From Obrimoposthia wandeli (lineage: Eukaryota): 64,000 nt of DNA. The notes beneath the pieces were generated by a model, which saw only the letters and a program-made list of their open reading frames with translations, searched no databases and had not been told where the DNA came from. Made by a program: the position numbers and the translations under genes. Location of the stretch: assembly GCA_977020255.1 (NCBI GenBank), contig CDROCS010002749.1, forward strand, positions 1 to 64,000, written 5' to 3'. How positions within the stretch are numbered: the first letter of the stretch is position 1; the number at the start of each line of letters is the position of its first letter. Of the stretch, positions 52,412 to 62,808 are shown piece by piece.

Positions 52412-52930
52412 ATGGATTTAGTCGTTAAAAAACAGATAATCGGAGGGCTTGCGATTGTTTTTGTCGTGTTGGTCTTTTTTCCTTTGTTTTTTAGTGGCAA
52501 TGGTTACAAAGAGCGTCATTTACCCTCTATTATTCCAGAGCGTCCTGACGCAGAAACTTTTCAAAATATAGAGCCTTTATTAAAGCCTTTGGCAGAAACC
52601 AAGCAAGTGGCCGCTGAAAAAAAGCCCATATCACATTCGAAAGTGAGTAATAAATCAGCCGATACCTCCGCAGTTCCTAGCTTGGACCAGCAAGGCGTCC
52701 CTGTTGCTTGGACGCTTCAGTTAGCGAGTTTTAAAGATGCGGCGAATGCACGTGCATTACGTAAGCAATTGTTAAAGGCAGGGCATAAGGTTTACAGTCG
52801 TAAAAATGGCTCTTTAGTTAAAGTTTATGTAGGTCCAGAGCTAAATAAGCAGCGCTTAGAGGCATTGAAAAAAGGATTGAAAGAAGAGTTTGCATTGGAT
52901 GGTTTGCTAGTGAGATTTACCACACAATAA
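52412..52930 (+). CDS. dedD: SPOR-domain cell division protein
   Basis: N-terminal TM, C-terminal SPOR (WTLQLASFKDAANARAL...KVYVGP); position between folC and cvpA. Confidence 0.85.
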   Translation: MDLVVKKQIIGGLAIVFVVLVFFPLFFSGNGYKERHLPSIIPERPDAETFQNIEPLLKPLAETKQVAAEKKPISHSKVSNKSADTSAVPSLDQQGVPVAWTLQLASFKDAANARALRKQLLKAGHKVYSRKNGSLVKVYVGPELNKQRLEALKKGLKEEFALDGLLVRFTTQ

Positions 52931-52961
52931 TATCGTTTTAAGCGTGAGGAAAGAGATTTTG

Positions 52962-53474
52962 ATGAATTGGGCCGATTGGGTCATTATTGGTATTTTAGTT
53001 ATTTCGGCATTGTTTAGTTTACGCCGAGGCTTTGTAAAAGAGGCGTTATCCCTTGTTACTTGGGTTTCTGCTTTTATCGTGGCGAGATTGTTTTCAGGTG
53101 CTTTGGTTGTTGTGTTAGAGCCGTATATAGACACGCCGTCTATTCGTATAGCAACGGCATTTGCCTCTTTGTTCGTTCTTATGTTGATAGCAGGAGCTAT
53201 TATTGCAAACCTGTTTGAAATGTTGGTTAGTGCAACAGGCTTAAGTGCAACGGATAGAGTATTAGGAATGGGATTTGGTGTGGCGAGGGGTGGTTTAGTC
53301 GTCGTTGTCTTAATCGCTTTAGTAGGGCAAACACCTGCTGCAGAAGATGAGTGGTGGGGACAGTCTCAATTGATCCCGCACTTTGTCTTAATGGAATCGT
53401 GGACTAGGGATATCGCTTCCGATATAGGTCAAATAATATGGCAAGTTGGCAGTCCCGGAGCATCGGGATCTTAA
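52962..53474 (+). CDS. cvpA: Colicin V production protein
   Basis: MNWADWVIIGILVISALFSLRRGFVKEALSL, LSATDRVLGMGFGVARG. Confidence 0.93.
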   Translation: MNWADWVIIGILVISALFSLRRGFVKEALSLVTWVSAFIVARLFSGALVVVLEPYIDTPSIRIATAFASLFVLMLIAGAIIANLFEMLVSATGLSATDRVLGMGFGVARGGLVVVVLIALVGQTPAAEDEWWGQSQLIPHFVLMESWTRDIASDIGQIIWQVGSPGASGS

Positions 53475-53532
53475 AATATTTATACATTTTATGAATAATA
53501 ATCTTAATATCAAAAACCCTTGAGGTGCTTAA

Positions 53533-55053
53533 ATGTGCGGAATAGTTGGCTTGGTTTCCAGGTCATTAGTTAACCAGACAATCTTTGATGCTTTGACAGT
53601 GTTGCAGCATCGTGGTCAAGATGCTGCAGGTATGGTTACTTGTGAAGGCAATCAGTTTTTTCTACGTAAAGATAATGGTTTAGTAAATTCGGTTTTTCGT
53701 ACTCGGCATATGAAAAAGTTATTGGGTAACATAGGTATTGGCCATGTTAGATACCCAACGGCAGGTAGCTCATCAGCAGCTGAAGCTCAGCCATTTTATG
53801 TTAATGCGCCTTATGGTATTGCACTTGCGCACAACGGCAATTTGACCAATATAGCAGAGCTAGCAAAAGAAATGCGTGAAGTGGATTTGAGGCACATTAA
53901 TACCACTTCAGATTCTGAAATATTGGTTAATATATTGGCGCATGAATTACAATCTCAAGGAAAAATAGTTCCAACTCCAGATGATATCTTTAGCGCTGTA
54001 GAACGCGTACATGCTCGAATTAAAGGGGGTTATGCTGTTGTTGCGGTGATTACTGGGTTTGGCGTACTGGCTTTTCGCGACGCGCACGGTGTTCGCCCTT
54101 TAGTTTATGGTTTGCGTCAAACTGAGGCAGGGCAAGAGGCAATGGTTGCCTCTGAAAGTGTTGCTTTGGATATAGCAGGCTTTAAGCGCGAGCGTGACGT
54201 TGCCCCTGGTGAAGCTATTTTCATTGATTTAGATGGCAATGTGCATACTAAAAAATGTGTAAAAGGAGCTAAGCTTTCTCCTTGTTTGTTCGAGCAGGTG
54301 TATTTTGCTCGACCTGACTCGGTCATCGACGGCATTAATGTGCACAAAGCGCGTATGAGAATGGGTAAAAAACTCGCTGAGCGAGTAAAAACTGAACGCC
54401 CTGAGCACGATATAGACGTGGTTATTCCAATACCGGACACCAGTCGTACATCTGCTTTGGAGATGGCGGAGCAGTTAGGTGTGTTGTTTAGAGAAGGTTT
54501 CATCAAAAACCGCTATATTGGCCGTACTTTTATTATGCCAGGTCAAATTGAGCGCACTAAGTCTGTCAGACGAAAACTGAATCCAATTGAGTCTGAGTTT
54601 AAAGATAAAGTGGTTATGCTGGTAGATGACTCTATTGTACGTGGCACAACATCCCAGCAAATTGTACAAATGGTGAGAGAAGTCGGTGCAAAAAAAATCT
54701 ACTTTGCTTCAGCGGCGCCTCCAGTAAGATATCCAAATGTATACGGAATTGATATGCCGTCTCCTGCAGAATTTGTGGCTTATAATCGTAGTGAGCAGGA
54801 AATTGGTGAAGAAATTGGTGTGGATTGGATGATTTATCAAAACCTTGATGATTTAAAAGAAGCGGTTGCCGGTGATCAGCATTTTGATAGTTTCGAGACA
54901 TCAGTGTTTGACGGAAAGTATATTAGCGGTGATATTAGCGAGCAGTATTTGCTCGATATAGATGCTAGGCGCAACGATGCTTCGAAATCAAGCGATGAGG
55001 ATTTGCAGGAAGGTGAAAATGCTGCCGGAGATTTGCACGATAAAATTCACTGA
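53533..55053 (+). CDS. purF: Amidophosphoribosyltransferase
   Basis: MCGIVG, LQHRGQDAAG, GHVRYPTAG, LVDDSIVRGTT. Confidence 0.97.
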   Translation: MCGIVGLVSRSLVNQTIFDALTVLQHRGQDAAGMVTCEGNQFFLRKDNGLVNSVFRTRHMKKLLGNIGIGHVRYPTAGSSSAAEAQPFYVNAPYGIALAHNGNLTNIAELAKEMREVDLRHINTTSDSEILVNILAHELQSQGKIVPTPDDIFSAVERVHARIKGGYAVVAVITGFGVLAFRDAHGVRPLVYGLRQTEAGQEAMVASESVALDIAGFKRERDVAPGEAIFIDLDGNVHTKKCVKGAKLSPCLFEQVYFARPDSVIDGINVHKARMRMGKKLAERVKTERPEHDIDVVIPIPDTSRTSALEMAEQLGVLFREGFIKNRYIGRTFIMPGQIERTKSVRRKLNPIESEFKDKVVMLVDDSIVRGTTSQQIVQMVREVGAKKIYFASAAPPVRYPNVYGIDMPSPAEFVAYNRSEQEIGEEIGVDWMIYQNLDDLKEAVAGDQHFDSFETSVFDGKYISGDISEQYLLDIDARRNDASKSSDEDLQEGENAAGDLHDKIH

Positions 55054-55109
55054 TTTAGATGCGTTAGATCTCTACATGTATTGTTGAAGTTCAAGCGGCA
55101 AGTTTAATC

Positions 55110-55139
55110 AAAGCGCAACCTTAAGGTTAGCGCTTTTTT
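55110..55139 (+). terminator. Rho-independent terminator after purF
   Basis: AAAGCGC-AACC-ttaa-GGTT-a-GCGCTTT-TTT. Confidence 0.65.
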
Positions 55140-55198
55140 ATTGTGTTTAGTTTTATGGATGCGCTTTTTAGAGGCTGCATTGTATTTCAGGGTTTGAT

Positions 55199-56182
55199 AT
55201 GTCGAAAATAATGTTGGCACCTATGGAAGGCGTGGTAGATGCTAATATGCGCGATTTGCTGACAAGTGTGGGCGGTATCGACACTTGTGTAACCGAGTTT
55301 ATTCGCATTACTGAGCAACAACTCCCCGAGCGCGATTTGCTAAAAAAAGTGCCAGAGTTGCTCAATGGTGGTTGTACATCAAGCGGCGTGCCAGTAATCG
55401 TGCAATTCCTAGGTTGTAATCCGCAGATGCTGGCTTATCATAGCTTAATGGCTATAGATTTGGGAGCTAAGGGGGTAGATCTTAACTTTGGATGCCCTTC
55501 TAAAACAGTGAACAAGCATCGTGGTGGCGCTGTGTTACTGGATGAGCCAGAAACTATTTATAAAATTATTGAAGCCGTGCGCACCGCGTTGCCAGAAGAG
55601 GTGCCGGTTAGCGCAAAAATGCGTTTAGGCAATAAAGACAAATCGTTGGCGCTAGAAAATGCTCAAGCAATTGAAGCGGCAGGAGCGAGCTCTTTAGTGG
55701 TGCATGCAAGAACGAAGCTAGAAGGGTATCGGCCACCTGCTCACTGGCAATGGATCGCTAAAATAAAAGATTCTGTGGATATCCCTATTATTGCTAATGG
55801 CGATATATGGGATTGGCAAGATTTTCAACTGTGTCGTGCTGCCAGTTGTTGCGAGGATGTAATGATAGGCAGAGGGGTGTTGGCTAACCCGGCCTTAGCG
55901 CTCACCATAAAGCAGCGCCTAGCAGGAGGTGTTGTGAATGAGTTCAGTTGGTTTGATACGGTTGGGCTTCTAATGAAGTACTATCAAAATGTGCAAGGTC
56001 AATTGCCGCCTCCCTTTGTCCCTGGGCGAGTGAAGCAGTGGTTAAATATGATGCGTAAGCAGAACCCCAAGGCACAAGTTTTATTTGATAAAGCTAAGCA
56101 GGTGAATGAGCTGACACAATTGACCGACCTATTGAACCAAGAGTTGCATGTTGCTAGTTTAGCTACAAAGAGACTATCTTAA
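55199..56182 (+). CDS. dusC: tRNA dihydrouridine synthase (DusC type)
   Basis: MLAPMEGV, CVTEFIR, DLNFGCPSKTVN, VSAKMRLG, VHARTK, IANGDI. Confidence 0.9.
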   Translation: MSKIMLAPMEGVVDANMRDLLTSVGGIDTCVTEFIRITEQQLPERDLLKKVPELLNGGCTSSGVPVIVQFLGCNPQMLAYHSLMAIDLGAKGVDLNFGCPSKTVNKHRGGAVLLDEPETIYKIIEAVRTALPEEVPVSAKMRLGNKDKSLALENAQAIEAAGASSLVVHARTKLEGYRPPAHWQWIAKIKDSVDIPIIANGDIWDWQDFQLCRAASCCEDVMIGRGVLANPALALTIKQRLAGGVVNEFSWFDTVGLLMKYYQNVQGQLPPPFVPGRVKQWLNMMRKQNPKAQVLFDKAKQVNELTQLTDLLNQELHVASLATKRLS

Positions 56183-56755
56183 AGGTGAAATGCCTTTTTC
56201 ATTTAGCATGTGTAGTAAGCGAATTAAAGGTAAGCCAATTAAACTATTAAAATCATCGCCTTCTAGTTTTTCAAATAGACAAATGCCTAACCCTTCGACT
56301 TTGAAGCTACCTGCGCAATCTAATGGCTGCTCAAGGGCTACATAGCGATTAATTTCAGCTGCTGACAATTTTTTGAAATGAACTTTAAAGATCACTTCCT
56401 CAAGTTGATAGCTGTTATTTTTGCTGTCTAATAGGCATAAGCCTGTGTGAAAGCTAACCACCTTCGCAGAGCATTTGGCAAGTTGGCGTTCAGCGTTTTC
56501 AGTGGTATGTGGCTTGCCAAGGATATGGCCGTCGAGCAATGCGACTTGGTCAGAGCCAATAATTAGGCTATCAGGATGATTTTCAGCCACTTTTAGCGCT
56601 TTTTGGTAGGCTAGTCTGCGCACTAGCTTAGTCGCTGTTTCGTCTTTTAGTGGTTTTTCATCTATTTGTGGGCTAATAGAGTGGTAAGTAAGCGCGATTT
56701 TATCTAGAATAGCGCGCCGGTAGGGTGAGCTTGATGCCAATATTATATCTCTCAA
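56174..56755 (-). CDS. yceF: Maf-family nucleotide pyrophosphatase (YceF type)
   Basis: ILASSSPYRR, IGSDQVA, GKPHT, EQPLDCAGSFKVEGLGI; divergent from yceD. Confidence 0.9.
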   Translation of the reverse strand: MRDIILASSSPYRRAILDKIALTYHSISPQIDEKPLKDETATKLVRRLAYQKALKVAENHPDSLIIGSDQVALLDGHILGKPHTTENAERQLAKCSAKVVSFHTGLCLLDSKNNSYQLEEVIFKVHFKKLSAAEINRYVALEQPLDCAGSFKVEGLGICLFEKLEGDDFNSLIGLPLIRLLHMLNEKGISPLR

Positions 56756-56897
56756 GGATATAACCTCCGATGAAGTAGTTAAAAAATTAAATATCTTTTA
56801 GCTTTTGTTGAAAAGGCGTAGAATATACGCGATTTTTCACGACAAACATACGTTTCCCTTTGACAGAAGGGTTCAAGGTACATAGAATTGCGCGCTT

Positions 56898-57425
56898 ATG
56901 TTAAATGTTAAATTACCAAAATTTGTAGATCCTCGAAAGCTGGCTGACCGGGAAATAGAAATTTCGGGAGTTATTGCTGTTAAAGATATGGCAGAACTCT
57001 CTCCAATGTTAGTTCACTCTGATGTTGATGTCTTTGCGGAGCTTAAATTCTCAAGAGACCATTTAAGAATTAGAACCATTTTAGGAAGTGTGAAAGTCAC
57101 TGTGCAAGTAGAGTGTCAACGCTGTTTAGAACCGGTTGATGTTGAATTAAAAGCAGCATTAAACTTGGCTATCTCTTACAGCGAAGAAAAAGCGCAAACA
57201 CTCCCTAAGTATTATGATCCTCTCGTTGTAGAAGGTGATGATTTAGAGTTGCTGCCGTTAATCGAGCAAGAATTGATACTGAGCTTACCGATAGTGTCAT
57301 ATCATGCTGACTGCAGTATAAAAACCAGTTTTGGTGATGGAAGTACAGTTGCTATACAAGAAACTGAAAAGCCGAATCCATTTAGTGTGTTAGCCTCTTT
57401 AAAGGGCGGCACCAACAAGAAATAA
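56898..57425 (+). CDS. yceD: 23S rRNA accumulation protein YceD (DUF177)
   Basis: CQRCLEP, IEQELILSLP, KPNPFSVLASLK; upstream of rpmF. Confidence 0.93.
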   Translation: MLNVKLPKFVDPRKLADREIEISGVIAVKDMAELSPMLVHSDVDVFAELKFSRDHLRIRTILGSVKVTVQVECQRCLEPVDVELKAALNLAISYSEEKAQTLPKYYDPLVVEGDDLELLPLIEQELILSLPIVSYHADCSIKTSFGDGSTVAIQETEKPNPFSVLASLKGGTNKK

Positions 57426-57446
57426 GTTATTTAGGAGTTATATCAA

Positions 57447-57626
57447 ATGGCAGTACAGAAAAGTAAGAAGTCACGTTCACGCCGTGACATGCGTCGTTCA
57501 CACGATGCGTTAACAGGACCAACTTTAACAATTGATGAGACTACCGGTGAAACTCACCGTCGTCATCACATGACAGCTGACGGTATGTACCGTGGTCGTC
57601 AAATCACAGCGGCTGACAGCGAGTAA
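57447..57626 (+). CDS. rpmF: 50S ribosomal protein L32
   Basis: Not in the ORF track. Hand translation [59 protein letters not shown]; RBS AGGAG. Confidence 0.96.
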   Translation: MAVQKSKKSRSRRDMRRSHDALTGPTLTIDETTGETHRRHHMTADGMYRGRQITAADSE

Positions 57627-57629
57627 TCG

Positions 57630-58649
57630 TTGACTGATCGTGTTTTTATTGCGATCGATGTGATGGGTGGAGACTTAGGTCTCCACACTATCTTACCTGC
57701 TTGCGTTACCGCAATGGTTCGCTATCCCTCTTTATATTTAGTGTTGTGTGGTAAATCCACCGATATCTCTGCTTTTCTTTCCCCACTTAATCTTAACCCC
57801 AGCGTACATGATCGTTTTGAAATAATTGAAGCTGCTACCGTCGTAGCAATGTCCGAAACACCTAAATTTGCTGTGCGCCATCGCCGTGATTCATCTATGT
57901 ATCTAGCGTTATCACAGGTTGCACAAGGGCGTGCTCAGGCTTGCGTTAGTGCAGGTAATACTGGAGCGTTAATGGCAATGAGTTGTTTGCTCATTAAAAC
58001 GATTGAAGGTGTTTCAAGGCCCGCGATTGTCGCGAGTATGCCAACGGTGAAAGGGCAGTGTACGTTATTAGATTTAGGCGCTAATATAAATTGTAAAGCT
58101 GAAAATTTATTTCAGTTTGCAATAATGGGTTCTGCGTTAGTCAAAGGAATGTTCGGGTTGGTACAGCCAAAAATTGGTTTGCTAAATATCGGATCAGAGG
58201 CAAAAAAAGGATTAGCGCAAGTAATAGAAGCAGGAGAGATGCTGCAATCACGAAAAGATCTTAATTACACTGGATTTATAGAAGGGGATGATGTTTTCTC
58301 CGGTAAGGTAGATGTGGTCGTTTGTGATGGCTTTGCAGGTAATGTTCTACTCAAAACAAGTGAAGGGTTGGCGAAGTTTATTAACCTCAAGGTTGCTAGG
58401 GATTTGAAAAAAAGCATTTTCAGGCGGATTCTGACTTGGTTTGCTGCACCTGTTTTAAAAGAAATTCGGCAACAGTTAGATCCAGCCAGGCGTAATGGAG
58501 CTGTGTTGTTAGGATTGAGAGCTGTGGTAGTTAAATCGCATGGTTCAGCGAATCAGCAAGGATTTGGCTGTGCCATTGATCAAGCTGTTAAAGCAGTAGC
58601 ATGTGAATTGCCAAAAATGATCGAAAGGACGATGCATCCACTAAAATGA
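57630..58649 (+). CDS. plsX: Phosphate acyltransferase
   Basis: IAIDVMGGD, SAGNTGALM, LDLGAN, DVVVCDGFAGNVLLKTSEG, VKSHGSA. Confidence 0.95.
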   Translation: MTDRVFIAIDVMGGDLGLHTILPACVTAMVRYPSLYLVLCGKSTDISAFLSPLNLNPSVHDRFEIIEAATVVAMSETPKFAVRHRRDSSMYLALSQVAQGRAQACVSAGNTGALMAMSCLLIKTIEGVSRPAIVASMPTVKGQCTLLDLGANINCKAENLFQFAIMGSALVKGMFGLVQPKIGLLNIGSEAKKGLAQVIEAGEMLQSRKDLNYTGFIEGDDVFSGKVDVVVCDGFAGNVLLKTSEGLAKFINLKVARDLKKSIFRRILTWFAAPVLKEIRQQLDPARRNGAVLLGLRAVVVKSHGSANQQGFGCAIDQAVKAVACELPKMIERTMHPLK

Positions 58650-58872
58650 TTGTTTGAGATTTTTGTCACAACAGTGTTAAAGCAGTAGTTTTTTAGCTAT
58701 TAATTTGTGCGTTATATTGTAAGATGTGTTTAATATTAGTTTGCTTATTGAGCGTTTTTTACGCGCACGACGAGTAAAATGTATACCTTAAAAAATTCTT
58801 CATGGCTGAAATTTGCTAAATAAAAGCAGTGCCTTGGAAGATGTAAATGATAATAATGAAGTGGAGCCTTAA

Positions 58873-59805
58873 ATGTCGCAATTGAATGTATTTGTTTTTC
58901 CGGGACAAGGTTCTCAGCAAGTTGGAATGTTAGCAGAGCTTAGTGTTGAAAATCCTATCATTGAAGCGACTTTCGCAGAGGCTTCAGCAGTGTTAGGCTA
59001 CGATTTGTGGGCGCTAGTACAAAACGGGCCAGCAGAAGATCTGAATCAAACCGATCGCACTCAGCCTGCGTTATTATGTGCAGGTGTTGCACTGTGGCGT
59101 TTATGGTTAGAAAAAGGGGGTGAGCAGCCAGCTGTGATGGCAGGGCATAGCTTGGGAGAGTATACCGCTCTAGTATGTTCACAATCACTTGCCTTTACCG
59201 ATGCGATAGATCTAGTGAGATTGCGTGGTGAATATATGCAGCAGGCAGTGCCCGCTGGTACCGGGGCCATGGCGGCAATTTTGGGCTTGGCTGACGAGCT
59301 GGTAGAAGAAGCGTGTAAAGAAGCTGAGCAAGGCCAAGTAGTGGCAGCAGTGAATTATAATTGCCCAGGGCAGGTCGTTATTGCCGGCGAAAAAGACGGT
59401 GTCGCTAGAGCGATTGAAAAATGCAAAGAAAAAGGTGCAAAAAGAGCAATAGAATTACCGGTAAGTGTGCCATCTCATTGCGAATTAATGCGCTCGGCAT
59501 CGCAAAAACTTGCCATTAAATTACAAGCGATCAACTTGGTAATGCCAAGTATTGCGGTCGTGCAAAATGTCACGGCTGAACAACCGAAGTCTGTTGCAGA
59601 AATTAAAGATAACTTAATAGCGCAGCTTTATAGTCCTGTGTTATGGACAGCATCAATGCAAGGCATCTTAGAAACCGGCGTAGAAAGATCGATTGAATGC
59701 GGCCCGGGTAAAGTTTTGTCAGGTTTAAATAAGAAAATTCATAAAGCATTAGTGATTAATAATTTAACTGATGTGGCTGGTTGGGAGAAAGCGTTAGCTG
59801 AGTAA
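58873..59805 (+). CDS. fabD: Malonyl-CoA:ACP transacylase
   Basis: FPGQGSQ, TQPALL, GHSLGEY, VSVPSHCELM. Confidence 0.96.
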   Translation: MSQLNVFVFPGQGSQQVGMLAELSVENPIIEATFAEASAVLGYDLWALVQNGPAEDLNQTDRTQPALLCAGVALWRLWLEKGGEQPAVMAGHSLGEYTALVCSQSLAFTDAIDLVRLRGEYMQQAVPAGTGAMAAILGLADELVEEACKEAEQGQVVAAVNYNCPGQVVIAGEKDGVARAIEKCKEKGAKRAIELPVSVPSHCELMRSASQKLAIKLQAINLVMPSIAVVQNVTAEQPKSVAEIKDNLIAQLYSPVLWTASMQGILETGVERSIECGPGKVLSGLNKKIHKALVINNLTDVAGWEKALAE

Positions 59806-60089
59806 ATTATTTAACCCTGGTGCATTGCTGTCCGGTTAAAAAAGTAAGCTCTCTATCTTATTAATTTGTGGTTTTATAGCATAGGTAATTGGATAGTTTT
59901 AGCCAAATACCACTTGTGGTTAACGTAAAATCAATGAGTTAAAGAACAGTAAAAATTAAATCGGGCTTTAATGGCCCCGGTGAATGATTACGGCTGACGT
60001 CGTTCGGATTGAGCGAAAAATCGCTGGCTGAAAATGTGTGAAGTTGCAGAAACTGCGCTATAAATAATAAGAGAATGGGAATCATAAAA

Positions 60090-60833
60090 ATGAGCATAGA
60101 AGGAAAGATAGCCCTAGTAACAGGTGCAACACGTGGCATTGGTAAAGCAATAGCCCAAGAACTAGGCCGCCAAGGCGCTATCGTTATAGGTACCGCTACC
60201 AGCGATAACGGCGCAACATCTATCTCTGAATACTTAAACAGTGCGGGCATCAAAGGTGGTGGTGTTACCTTAGATGTTGGTAGTGATGATTCGGTTAATG
60301 CTGTTCTTAAGCAAATTGGAGCTGATTACGGTGTTATTGAAATTGTCGTGAATAACGCGGGTATTACTAAAGATAACCTAATGCTGCGCATGAAAGCAGA
60401 AGAGTGGGACAGTGTTATTAACACTAACCTATCTTCATTGTATCGTGTTACTAAAGCTTGCTTGCGTGGAATGAGTAAGAACCGTTGGGGTCGCATTATA
60501 AGTGTTAGCTCAGTTGTCGCTTCAATGGGTAATGCTGGGCAATCAAACTATGCTGCTTCAAAAGCGGGTATGGAAGGGTTTTCTCGTGCACTTGCAAGCG
60601 AAATAGGCTCAAGGAATATTACGGTAAATTGTGTTGCACCAGGTTTTATTGATACTGATATGACAAAAGATTTACCGCAAGAGCACAAAGAGCAACTACA
60701 ATCTAAAATACCGATGAGTCGATTAGGTCAGCCGCAAGAAGTAGCTTCTGTTGTTGGTTTTTTAGCCAGTGATGCCGCGTCATATGTGACCGGAGAAACA
60801 ATACAAGTCAACGGCGGAATGTATATGGCTTAA
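60090..60833 (+). CDS. fabG: 3-oxoacyl-ACP reductase
   Basis: VTGATRGIG, NNAGITKDNL, NYAASKAG, VAPGFIDTDMT. Confidence 0.96.
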   Translation: MSIEGKIALVTGATRGIGKAIAQELGRQGAIVIGTATSDNGATSISEYLNSAGIKGGGVTLDVGSDDSVNAVLKQIGADYGVIEIVVNNAGITKDNLMLRMKAEEWDSVINTNLSSLYRVTKACLRGMSKNRWGRIISVSSVVASMGNAGQSNYAASKAGMEGFSRALASEIGSRNITVNCVAPGFIDTDMTKDLPQEHKEQLQSKIPMSRLGQPQEVASVVGFLASDAASYVTGETIQVNGGMYMA

Positions 60834-61034
60834 TCAAATAAGCCGTACTGGAAGGTTAATCGTCAATGATATTAGAAAAAACCAACAAATGTGATTGATA
60901 TTTTCATAAATTTGTTGATAATTGCTTCATCCGAATCGATTGAAAATTATTATCCTAATCATTAGGCTAATAATGTTGGCACAATCAATGCCACACATGA
61001 GTGTGGTGTTATTTGATAAAAAATAGGAAAAGTT

Positions 61035-61268
61035 ATGAGTAATATTGAAGATCGCGTTAAGAAAATTGTTGCAGAACAGTTAGGTGTTAAAGTTGAGGAA
61101 GTGACTAACCCTGCTTCTTTTGTCGATGATCTAGGCGCGGACTCTCTAGATACCGTTGAGCTAGTTATGGCTTTGGAAGAAGAGTTTGAAACTGAAATTC
61201 CTGATGAAGAAGCAGAAAAAATTACCACAGTACAGTTGGCTATCGATTACGTTAATTCCAACCAGTAA
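61035..61268 (+). CDS. acpP: Acyl carrier protein
   Basis: [20 protein letters not shown]. Confidence 0.98.
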   Translation: MSNIEDRVKKIVAEQLGVKVEEVTNPASFVDDLGADSLDTVELVMALEEEFETEIPDEEAEKITTVQLAIDYVNSNQ

Positions 61269-61301
61269 TCAAAACTAATTTTTACTAGTTTTGATCGATT
61301 T

Positions 61302-61338
61302 AAAGCCGTTACTATGAACTTAGAACGGCTTTTCTTTT
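61302..61338 (+). terminator. Rho-independent terminator after acpP
   Basis: AAAGCCGTT...AACGGCTTT-TCTTTT. Confidence 0.6.
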
Positions 61339-61552
61339 GCCTGCAAAATATAATTTAAATTCTAAACTTGCTAAAAGAACGTATCGCTAATAGCACAAGC
61401 TGATATGATAACTAAAGCAATAAATTTATAATGTTATGAATTTTAAATTGGTTATTAGTTTCTATTTTGCTATTCAGCAAAGAACATTATAATATTTTAT
61501 TTTAAGTGCATGTCGTTACCATGCAAATCAAGAGCATAATGGGAGAAGTACA

Positions 61553-62797
61553 ATGTCTCGAAGAAGAGTGGTCGTTACCGGATTAGGCGCATTAACACCG
61601 GTAGGAAACACCGTCGAGGATAGTTGGAAGTCAATATTAGCGGGACAAAGTGGTGCCGCTCCCATTACGCATTTTGATGCATCCAATTACACTACACAAT
61701 TTTCAGCATCAATCAAAAACTTCGATGTCAGTCCTTATATGAACCCTAAAGATGCTAGGCGTATGGATTTGTTTATTCAATATGGGCTGGTCGCTGCATT
61801 TCAAGCCGTGCAAGATAGTGGTATTGAAGTAACTCAAGCGAATGCACCGCGCATAGGTTGCGCTATTGGTTCTGGCATTGGTGGTCTTTCTATGATTGAA
61901 AGTACCTACGATTTAATTAGTAACAGTGGCCCGCGTAAAGTGTCACCTTTCTTTGTGCCAGGTAGTATCATTAATATGATAGCAGGGCATCTAGCCATCA
62001 AGTTTGGCTTTAAAGGGCCTAATATAGCGATAACGACGGCTTGTACTACAGGTACGCATAACATTGGTCAGGCGATGCGTATGATCCAATATGGGGATGC
62101 AGATATCATGATTGCAGGTGGTGCCGAAATGGCCACAACGCAATTAGGACTAGGTGGATTTGCTGCGGCTAGGGCGCTTTCTAAGCGCAATGATGATCCT
62201 CAGGCGGCTAGTCGTCCTTGGGATGCGGATCGAGACGGTTTTGTATTAGGTGATGGTGCGGGCATTTTAGTACTAGAAGAATACGAAAGTGCTAAAGCGC
62301 GTGGTGCGAAAATATATTGTGAACTAGCAGGATTTGGTATGAGCGACGATGCTCACCATATTACTGCGCCGCCGGCTACCGGTGAAGGGGCTGCTATGGC
62401 AATGGAAAACGCTTTAAAAGATGCGAATAAGCATGAGAGCGTGGCAACGGTAGATTATGTAAATGCTCATGGCACATCAACCCCGGCAGGAGACATTGCG
62501 GAAACACAAGCTCTGAAAAGATTGTTTGGTGAGCAAGCAAATTCAATGCGCATGAGTTCAACTAAATCAATGACAGGTCACCTGCTTGGTGCAGCGGGTG
62601 CTGTAGAAGCTATTTTCTGTGCACTGGCAATTAGAGATCAAGTAGCTCCACCAACTATTAATTTAGATAACCCTTCACAGGGGTGTGATCTCAATTATGT
62701 TGCGCATACCGCTCAAGATTGCAAAATAGAGACTGCTATATCTAACTCTTTTGGGTTTGGTGGTACTAACGGTAGTTTGTTGTTCCGTAAAATCTAA
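61553..62797 (+). CDS. fabF: Beta-ketoacyl-ACP synthase II
   Basis: [43 protein letters not shown]. Confidence 0.96.
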   Translation: MSRRRVVVTGLGALTPVGNTVEDSWKSILAGQSGAAPITHFDASNYTTQFSASIKNFDVSPYMNPKDARRMDLFIQYGLVAAFQAVQDSGIEVTQANAPRIGCAIGSGIGGLSMIESTYDLISNSGPRKVSPFFVPGSIINMIAGHLAIKFGFKGPNIAITTACTTGTHNIGQAMRMIQYGDADIMIAGGAEMATTQLGLGGFAAARALSKRNDDPQAASRPWDADRDGFVLGDGAGILVLEEYESAKARGAKIYCELAGFGMSDDAHHITAPPATGEGAAMAMENALKDANKHESVATVDYVNAHGTSTPAGDIAETQALKRLFGEQANSMRMSSTKSMTGHLLGAAGAVEAIFCALAIRDQVAPPTINLDNPSQGCDLNYVAHTAQDCKIETAISNSFGFGGTNGSLLFRKI

Positions 62798-62808
62798 TCG
62801 ACAATCAG

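Noticed and set aside
56174-56182. Convergent overlap of dusC and yceF stop regions
   Set aside because: A 9-bp tail-to-tail overlap is common and not informative.
57447-57626. L32 lacking Zn-binding cysteines
   Set aside because: The Cys-free form is normal for gammaproteobacteria.
1784-60253. Numerous 60-160 aa ORFs overlapping real genes (e.g. 1784-2083, 9388-9747, 14061-14444, 15165-15641, 23040-23456, 31882-32352, 40406-40828, 54117-54506)
   Set aside because: They lie antisense to or out of frame within well-supported genes and have no recognisable motifs.
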